Under the pieces are notes generated by a model, which worked only from the letters and a program-made list of their open reading frames with translations, was not told where the DNA came from and did no database searches. From an uncultured virus (IMG/VR IMGVR_UViG_3300047668_001392) (lineage: Duplodnaviria > Heunggongvirae > Uroviricota > Caudoviricetes > Crassvirales), in the IMG/VR virus record IMGVR_UViG_3300047668_001392: 64,000 nt of DNA; one strand, given 5' to 3'. The position numbers were made by a program, and so were the translations under genes. Shown here piece by piece: positions 57,344 through 64,000 of the stretch; positions within the stretch are counted from its first letter, which is position 1; the number at the start of each line of letters is the position of its first letter.

Positions 57344-57352
57344 CTTTACGGT

Positions 57353-57712
57353 ATGAAGAAATTATTATTTATCTTACTCTTACTGCCTGTATCTGTTCTA
57401 TCTCAATGTAATCAGCATGTCTTTAGCTCTGTAGGGGCTGAGAAATGGACAAACTTTCAGTACCAAGACTGCGATGGAGGGGCTCATTATTTTGGGTTGC
57501 CTGCAGGTGGATATACTATAATATATTGCGCCGACATAGGTACTGCATTTGTCCTTAATGGTGATGGGTTTGTTTACCCACTACAAGCAGAACATCCTGC
57601 ATATGCTTCGTGCGTACAGGATGATTGTCCAGGTGATTTAAACAACGACGATGTAATTGATGTACAGGACTTACTATTATTTTTAGAAAACTATGGACTT
57701 CCATGCGAATAA
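57353..57712 (+). CDS. secreted protein with a C-terminal dockerin-like Ca-binding motif
   Basis: Signal peptide MKKLLFILLLLPVSVLS-Q; CPGDLNNDDVIDVQDLLLFLENYGLPC. Confidence 0.75.
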   Translation: MKKLLFILLLLPVSVLSQCNQHVFSSVGAEKWTNFQYQDCDGGAHYFGLPAGGYTIIYCADIGTAFVLNGDGFVYPLQAEHPAYASCVQDDCPGDLNNDDVIDVQDLLLFLENYGLPCE

Positions 57713-58935
57713 ACCTAATACTTTTATTAGCTTTATGGGCCCCTATTTTATCTGCTCAATGTGATGTAAGCATAAGTAGCTGGGATGCGGCATCAGGGGA
57801 TATCGTCATTGAGGCTATCAACAGTGAGAACTGCGGGTGTAATGAGTTTACGTCTGAAGCCAACACCTGCGAGAATAGTGGGAGTCCTTCCGTAAATAAT
57901 AATACAACTGTATCTCATATAGTCCTGGGACTGCACGTAGAGGGATTAGATTATAACTGGGGATGCATTTCCGCTACTAATCATCCAGGGTGGACGTTTA
58001 AAGCGTTTACTTTATTTGGGAATCAAGTCTTAGAGAGCGGAGATACATGGAGTGCTAATGTATATGACTCCCCAAGTAGTAATGACTGCTGGGCTGAGAT
58101 ACTATCAAATGATACTTTGTGTACCGAATTGGTACTATGGCAGATTAACCTATCTCAAACGGCTACAACAGATAACGGAGGGTGGGCCGTAAACCCTAAC
58201 GTTGCGGCTCAGACACAGAGTTACCCTGATGTAGATCTATCTAATAACACTGCGGTTAACTGCGCTCTTCCTGCGTGTGACACAGTGTACGTAGATGTAG
58301 AAGTTATTGAATACCTTACTGATACTATAGTAGAATATGTAGATGTTGAGTGGATAACAATTGACACTTTTTATATTACGCAAGTGGACACATTAGTAGA
58401 GTATGTCCAATTACCCCCAGATACTGTACAGGTAGTTGAGTATGTAAATATTATAGAATACCTATACGATACTATTGTATTAGTAGAAACAGATACTCTT
58501 GTTGAGTATGAGTATATCTACTTAACCGATACGATGTATGTAGAAACGGTTGTATACGAATACATCTATATTTACAATACAGACACTATAACTGAATTTG
58601 TATCTGAGTCTATATATATTGATTGTAATACTGGAGAGCAGTGCAATCAAACATTCCCGTGTGACGAGGTATCTATTTTTGCCCCTAATGCCGTTACCCC
58701 AAACGGGGATGGCTGGAATGATACGTGGATGGTTATTGCGGACGGAGCTTGTTGGGATCAATGGGAAGTTCGTATTTACAACCGATGGGGTGGGCTAGTG
58801 TGGATTAGCGCTTCCTCAATGGATGAGTGGGATGCTGACGTAGCTACGGGGGTTTATGTATATACCATAACGGCTCACAGCGCTGTAAATGTTAATGTGT
58901 ATCAATTTAACGGAACAATAACGGTATTGTATTAA
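57703..58935 (+). CDS. secreted protein with a T9SS type-B (gliding-motility-associated/CHU_C) C-terminal domain
   Basis: Signal peptide ending LSA-Q; DT.VEY repeat stalk; IFAPNAVTPNGDGWND.W..IYNRWG..W..GVYVY.I..G.ITV. Confidence 0.85.
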   Translation: MRINLILLLALWAPILSAQCDVSISSWDAASGDIVIEAINSENCGCNEFTSEANTCENSGSPSVNNNTTVSHIVLGLHVEGLDYNWGCISATNHPGWTFKAFTLFGNQVLESGDTWSANVYDSPSSNDCWAEILSNDTLCTELVLWQINLSQTATTDNGGWAVNPNVAAQTQSYPDVDLSNNTAVNCALPACDTVYVDVEVIEYLTDTIVEYVDVEWITIDTFYITQVDTLVEYVQLPPDTVQVVEYVNIIEYLYDTIVLVETDTLVEYEYIYLTDTMYVETVVYEYIYIYNTDTITEFVSESIYIDCNTGEQCNQTFPCDEVSIFAPNAVTPNGDGWNDTWMVIADGACWDQWEVRIYNRWGGLVWISASSMDEWDADVATGVYVYTITAHSAVNVNVYQFNGTITVLY

Positions 58936-58957
58936 TATTTAGTATATTGCAAGAGTT

Positions 58958-59185
58958 ATGAAAGCTATAAAAAGAGATTATAAAAAAGAGTACGCTAAGT
59001 ACGGATCTAAGCTTAAAGCTAAGCAATATCGTGCAGAGTTAAATCAAATTAATAGAGAAAAAGGGAATTACGGAAACGGAGATGGACTGGATGAAGCTCA
59101 TTTTGGAGGAGGTGGAAAAACAAGAAAACAAAAAGCATCTATAAATAGAGCTAACAATAGGCCTAAAAAAAGGAATAGCGTATAA
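58958..59185 (+). CDS. small degenerate HNH-like protein
   Basis: RDYKKEY..RA.LN..GDG.D..H..S.NRA. Confidence 0.55.
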   Translation: MKAIKRDYKKEYAKYGSKLKAKQYRAELNQINREKGNYGNGDGLDEAHFGGGGKTRKQKASINRANNRPKKRNSV

Positions 59186-59209
59186 GCTATTAAATTTAAT
59201 TTATATATA

Positions 59210-59419
59210 ATGAAATATTTACTTATCTTCATGTCTGCTATATTACTAGCGTCATGTTCTGTTCAAAACAAACACAGAAGGTCTCAAGTGAGACATTACA
59301 ATCAATGCTGGTGTTTAGACCCCTGGAATGGTGGTGCTGAATGGTGTTGTGATGGACCAGCGCCAAAATACATGGCCCCATACAAACACTCTAAAGGTTA
59401 CATTAGAGCTAAATTTTAA
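59210..59419 (+). CDS. small Cys-rich lipoprotein
   Basis: Lipobox ILLASC. Confidence 0.65.
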   Translation: MKYLLIFMSAILLASCSVQNKHRRSQVRHYNQCWCLDPWNGGAEWCCDGPAPKYMAPYKHSKGYIRAKF

Positions 59420-59423
59420 TAAG

Positions 59424-59612
59424 ATGGCAGAGTATAAATGTGAATGCAGCGATGACGTTGTAGATAAATCAGGTGTAACAATAAGATATATTGAGGGGGA
59501 AGGGGTAATACATGACGTAAAGTGCGAAAAATGTGAGAAGTACATGGATTTAGCTAACCCAAAATCTGGTGCGCCTGGTTTTCGATCTAATAGATATGGT
59601 CAGACATTTTGA
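59424..59612 (+). CDS. small Zn-ribbon protein
   Basis: MAEYKCEC..VKCEKC. Confidence 0.6.
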   Translation: MAEYKCECSDDVVDKSGVTIRYIEGEGVIHDVKCEKCEKYMDLANPKSGAPGFRSNRYGQTF

Positions 59613-61726
59613 GTATACTCCTAGATGTTAAAGATTATGAAGACCCAGCTGTTAAGATTTGTCCCAACGGTACGGAAGGTGAGCTTATCGAACTCGGTGG
59701 GTTACTCATTTGTCTTCCAAAAAGGCCTCCGAAGAAAGAAATTTCAGGATATAAAGAACCAAACTCTATGCAAATGTGGGGAAGGGTACTTATGCCGCAG
59801 GAATTGTCTCGTATTCGTTCTATGGATGAGTGGGCGGAAATGCCACGGGAGTTTAGAGCGAGGTTTCGTCCATATATCGAGGAAGAGTTTAGGCGTAGGC
59901 GTGAAGGTTTTTGGTTTTATAACAACGGTACAGCTACATATATTACGGGGCGTCACTACATGATGATACAGTGGACCAAGATGGACATTGGTTACCCGTA
60001 CTTCCTGAACTTTCAAAGAGATATCTTCTTGCATTTAGCTGCGTGTGAAATCGATCCTAGATGTATAGGGCAGCTATATACTAAGTGTCGTCGTAGTGGG
60101 TACACAAATATGTGCTCATCTGTACTTGTAGACGAAGGGACTCAAGTAAAAGATAAACTTATGGGTATACAGTCTAAGACTGGTAAAGACGCCCAAGAAA
60201 ATATATTTATGAAGAAGGTAGTCTTTATGTTTAGAAACTATCCTTTCTTTTTTAAACCTATTCAAGACGGTACAACTAATCCTCGTATGGAGTTAGCTTT
60301 TAGGGAGCCGTCGAAAAGAATAACCAAGAAGAATAAAACCTCTCAAATGGGGGAAGCTTTGAATACGGTTATCAACTGGAAAAACACAACAAACAATGCA
60401 TATGACGGTGAAAAGCTACACCTGTTGTATTTAGATGAAGCAGGAAAATGGGAAAGACCTACAGACATAAGAGACGCTTGGAGGATTCAGAGGACTTGTT
60501 TGATCGTCGGAAGAAAAATCGTGGGGAAGGCAATGGTCGGAAGCACGGTAAATCCAATGGACAAAGGAGGGAGTCAGTACAAGGATCTATGGGAGGACTC
60601 AGATCCTTTGGAGAGGAACGCGAATGGGAGGACTAGAACTGGTCTATATAGACTTTTTATCCCTGCATATAACTCTTTAGAAGGATTCTTTGATAAGTTT
60701 GGCTACCCTGTAGTTGACGACCCTATAGAGACTATAGAAGGTATAGACAATGAGTATATCTATACAGGAGCTAAGACATTCTTAAAGAATGAAAGAGACT
60801 CTTTAAAAAACGATGCGTCGGAATTAAACGAGGTGGTAAGGCAGTTCCCGTTTACCGAAGATGAGGCCTTTAGAGATAGTATAGAGGGGAGTGTATTTAA
60901 TATCGGTCAGATTTACGAGCAGATAGAACATAATGACGAGCTTTTCCCAAACCCCGTTGTAGCGGGAAATTTTGTATGGAAAGGGGGGGTAAAAGATACT
61001 GAGGTAGTATTTAGCCCAAATGCTCAAGGTAGATTTAAAATTGCTTGGATGCCTCCTCCTGACTTTAGAAACCAAAAGAAAACAGAAAGAGGTAAGCGAG
61101 TAGCCCCTCATTCAGACTTTGGCGTAGGAGGGGTTGACTCATATGACCTTGACGCTACCGTAGATGGCAGAGGATCTAAAGGTTCTTTGCATTTATATAA
61201 CAAGTTCCATATGGAGCACCCTTGTAACATGTTTGTTTTGGAGTATGCCTCAAGGCCACCTTTAGCTAAAATATTCTACGAAGACGTTTTAATGGCCGCT
61301 GTATTTTATGGTTACCCTATATTAATAGAGAATAATAAATATGGTATAGCGAGGCACTTTGAAGCTAGAGGGTATGACGGGTACCTAATGGATAGACCTA
61401 AACACTTAGTTAGCGCTAGTGGGATGAAGTCTAAAACAAAAGGTATACCATCTAACTCTCAAGACGTTATCCAGGCTCACGCACACGCTATAGAATCCTT
61501 TATACATGACCATGTAGGAGTGAATAGAGAAACGGGAGATGTTGGGAAAATGTATTTTAATAAAACGCTAGAGGATTGGATAGGTTACAAAATAGACGAT
61601 AGAACTAAATATGACCTTACAATTAGCTCTGGATTGGCTCTACTAGGAGCGCAAAAAGCCAAGCCAAAAAAGACTTCTGACTTGTCTGAAAAACGATTCT
61701 TTAGGAGATATCAAGTAATCGGATGA
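59609..61726 (+). CDS. terL: terminase large subunit
   Basis: KCRRSGYT Walker A, LYLDEAGKW Walker B, GVDSYD nuclease motif, IENN. Confidence 0.92.
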   Translation: MSILLDVKDYEDPAVKICPNGTEGELIELGGLLICLPKRPPKKEISGYKEPNSMQMWGRVLMPQELSRIRSMDEWAEMPREFRARFRPYIEEEFRRRREGFWFYNNGTATYITGRHYMMIQWTKMDIGYPYFLNFQRDIFLHLAACEIDPRCIGQLYTKCRRSGYTNMCSSVLVDEGTQVKDKLMGIQSKTGKDAQENIFMKKVVFMFRNYPFFFKPIQDGTTNPRMELAFREPSKRITKKNKTSQMGEALNTVINWKNTTNNAYDGEKLHLLYLDEAGKWERPTDIRDAWRIQRTCLIVGRKIVGKAMVGSTVNPMDKGGSQYKDLWEDSDPLERNANGRTRTGLYRLFIPAYNSLEGFFDKFGYPVVDDPIETIEGIDNEYIYTGAKTFLKNERDSLKNDASELNEVVRQFPFTEDEAFRDSIEGSVFNIGQIYEQIEHNDELFPNPVVAGNFVWKGGVKDTEVVFSPNAQGRFKIAWMPPPDFRNQKKTERGKRVAPHSDFGVGGVDSYDLDATVDGRGSKGSLHLYNKFHMEHPCNMFVLEYASRPPLAKIFYEDVLMAAVFYGYPILIENNKYGIARHFEARGYDGYLMDRPKHLVSASGMKSKTKGIPSNSQDVIQAHAHAIESFIHDHVGVNRETGDVGKMYFNKTLEDWIGYKIDDRTKYDLTISSGLALLGAQKAKPKKTSDLSEKRFFRRYQVIG

Positions 61727-61765
61727 TTTACTATATTTGCTAAATAGAAATACCATATCTTAAGG

Positions 61766-64000
61766 ATGTATAATAACGATAATAAAAGTAAGCAGGGTTT
61801 CCCCGATCCATTAGAATCTACGGAATTAAAACAGGGGAAAGAATATGGTATTCAGTATGCTAAAGCTATTGAGTCTCAATGGGGGAAAACTACGGATGAC
61901 TCTTCTTTGGTAGGCAAAAGGAATAAAACCTTTGAAAAAGACCGAGATTACGCTATTGGAGTTCAGGATACAAGTATATATAAACAACTATTAAGCTCTC
62001 TCAATCCAAATAAAGCGGACGGAGCTTTGTTGAATATGGATTACACCCCAGTTCCTATCCTACCTAAATTTGTAAGAATTGTAGTTAATAAGATACTGTC
62101 TGTAAATCCCTATCCTAATTTAGAAGCAGTAGACCCATTGTCTTCTTCTGAAAAGAATGAAAAAAAGAAGAAGATTTTAATGCAAGTTGAATCTAAGGGT
62201 AAGCTTAAAGAGCTAAAAGATAAGACTGGTGTTGTTTTAGATATGGATCCAGATTCCATTCCAGACACTCCAGAAGAAGCAGAAATTTTATTCGACACTA
62301 ATATTAAAACAGACGGAGAGATATCTGCTCAGCTAGGGGCGGAACTTACTCTCACTTGGAATAACTTTGTAGACAACACTTTCCGTAGGTGTGTAAACGA
62401 CTTAGCTACCCTAGGTATGTCTGTAGTAAAAAGATCTAACGATCCCAACGAAGGCATTAAAACATCCTACGTAGATCCGTGTATGTTTATACATAGCTAC
62501 ACAGAAGACCCTAATTTTGAAGACCTTATATACGCTGGGCATATAAAAAAGATCTCTATACAAGAGTTAAAGCGTTTGGCTGGAGAGGAGTTGAATGAGG
62601 AGGATTATAAAAAGATTGCTGAAAAATCTAAAGGAAGAAATGGAAATGATTCTAATAAGTATAACAAATCTAACTATAGTCACGCTTTAGGTAAAACCTC
62701 ATTTGGCTATGACGACTATATGGTTGAAGTTTTAGATTTTGAGTTTATTTCTGTTGATTGTATTCACTTTGAAGAAAAAGAAAACAAACACGGTAACACA
62801 GGGTTTTATTTTAAAGGCTTTGAAGCTCAACCTAATAAGAACAGCGTTTTCGAGCGCACTCCTCATAAATTAGAGGTGTCTACTGTTTATGGAGGCAGCT
62901 ATGTATTGGGTTGTGATTATCTATTTGGATATGGCAAAACTAAGAACGTACCTAAAAACATACACGATATATCTAAAGCTACATTATCTTACTCTGTAAC
63001 GGCGACTAATATTCGTAACATGATGCCTAAATCTATGGTAAATAGCTGTGTAGGCTTTGCCGATATGCTACAGCTCACTCACTTAAAGATACAGCAGGCT
63101 ATAGCAAAAGCTAAGCCAGATGGTTTGATCATAGATATAGAGGGTTTAGAAAATGTACAGTTAGGGAAAGGTGGGGAGTTACAACCTTTAGACCTTCACG
63201 ATATATACGAGCAGACAGGTGTTTTCTACTACAGGAGTAAGAACCCCGAAGGTGGATTTCAAAACCCTCCTGTTAGAGAAATAAGCAACAGCATAAGAAA
63301 CATTAATGAACTTGTAGGTTTATACAACCATTACTTAGGTTTAATAAGAGACACAACGGGTATTAATGAAGCAATGGACGCATCTTCCCCTAAAGGTGAT
63401 GCTTTAGTTGGTGTTCAAAATCAGGCTATAGCTGCGGGTAACAACGCTATATATGATATAACAAATGCCGCTATGGTTTTGTTTAAAAAAGTATGTGAGG
63501 ATATAGTTAAATGTATTCAAATTATACCTCCTGAATCCGTTCTATATAAAATATACGAGAACGCTATCGGAGACACGAATATGGAGGCTTTAGCTTCCTT
63601 CAGAGACCTTCCTATGTATAACTTCGGGGTTGTTGTTGTAAAGGATATGGAGGAGAAAGATAAGGCCTACCTAGAGCAAAACATCCAGATGGCTCTCCAA
63701 CAGCAAGAGTTAGATTTAGAAGACGCTATAGCCGTTAGAGGTTTAAAAGATATTAATCAAGCGGAAAGGCTTCTTGTTGTTAGGCGTAAAAAAAGAATGG
63801 CTATGAAGCAGCAGATGGCTCAGCAGAGCTCTGAGCAGCAAGCTAAAATGCAGGGTCAAATAGCTCAGCAGGCACAACAAGCTAAAATGGCTGAAATGCA
63901 AGCGCAGGGTCAAATTGACACTCAAAAAATTCAAATGCAAGCGCAGGTCGATATGAAGATGGCGCAAATGAGGCATGAGTTTACTAAAGAAATTGAGATG
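61766..64000 (+). CDS. portal protein (3'-truncated; not in the ORF track)
   Basis: Open frame to the window end: MYNNDNKSKQGFPDP..PVPILPKFVRIVV..FADMLQLTHLKIQQAIAKAKPDG..IRDTTGINEA.D; follows terL. Confidence 0.88.
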   Translation, partial: MYNNDNKSKQGFPDPLESTELKQGKEYGIQYAKAIESQWGKTTDDSSLVGKRNKTFEKDRDYAIGVQDTSIYKQLLSSLNPNKADGALLNMDYTPVPILPKFVRIVVNKILSVNPYPNLEAVDPLSSSEKNEKKKKILMQVESKGKLKELKDKTGVVLDMDPDSIPDTPEEAEILFDTNIKTDGEISAQLGAELTLTWNNFVDNTFRRCVNDLATLGMSVVKRSNDPNEGIKTSYVDPCMFIHSYTEDPNFEDLIYAGHIKKISIQELKRLAGEELNEEDYKKIAEKSKGRNGNDSNKYNKSNYSHALGKTSFGYDDYMVEVLDFEFISVDCIHFEEKENKHGNTGFYFKGFEAQPNKNSVFERTPHKLEVSTVYGGSYVLGCDYLFGYGKTKNVPKNIHDISKATLSYSVTATNIRNMMPKSMVNSCVGFADMLQLTHLKIQQAIAKAKPDGLIIDIEGLENVQLGKGGELQPLDLHDIYEQTGVFYYRSKNPEGGFQNPPVREISNSIRNINELVGLYNHYLGLIRDTTGINEAMDASSPKGDALVGVQNQAIAAGNNAIYDITNAAMVLFKKVCEDIVKCIQIIPPESVLYKIYENAIGDTNMEALASFRDLPMYNFGVVVVKDMEEKDKAYLEQNIQMALQQQELDLEDAIAVRGLKDINQAERLLVVRRKKRMAMKQQMAQQSSEQQAKMQGQIAQQAQQAKMAEMQAQGQIDTQKIQMQAQVDMKMAQMRHEFTKEIEM

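Noticed and set aside
190..63976. Many short opposite-strand or nested ORFs in the track (e.g. 7869..8180, 23651..24070, 37502..37864, 59625..59963)
   Set aside because: Shadows of longer, well-supported genes.

Overview
Near-complete genome of a lytic tailed (podovirus-type) phage of Bacteroidota, probably a marine flavobacterial host. The architecture resembles Cellulophaga podophages and crAss-related phages. The window starts inside an array of small structural paralogs and ends inside the portal gene, so it looks like a circular permutation. + strand 1-32 kb: decoration/fibre paralog arrays, scaffold, major capsid, ring proteins, a split muzzle/tail-stabilisation protein, ejected cargo proteins and holin-like genes. 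- strand 32-46.4 kb: replication/recombination genes and many small early genes. 46.4-47.6 kb: non-coding divergence region. + strand 47.6-64 kb: internal virion proteins, DUF5675 peptidase, GroES-like protein, HNH, secreted proteins, terminase and portal. I recognised no DNA polymerase, virion RNA polymerase, integrase, tRNA or CRISPR array. Highlights: (1) a phage-encoded T9SS type-B cargo next to a secreted dockerin-like protein, with the same dockerin-like motif in both halves of the split tail muzzle; (2) eight copies of a 16-bp palindrome punctuating the early genes; (3) six back-to-back IHF-like dyads in the non-coding region; (4) Bacteroidetes -7 promoter boxes exactly 4 nt before ATG, suggesting leaderless mRNAs; (5) a K[YF]xxGG motif tagging and segmenting internal virion proteins; (6) an integron-cassette-like relic. 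All protein calls come from motif recognition and synteny by eye, not database searches.
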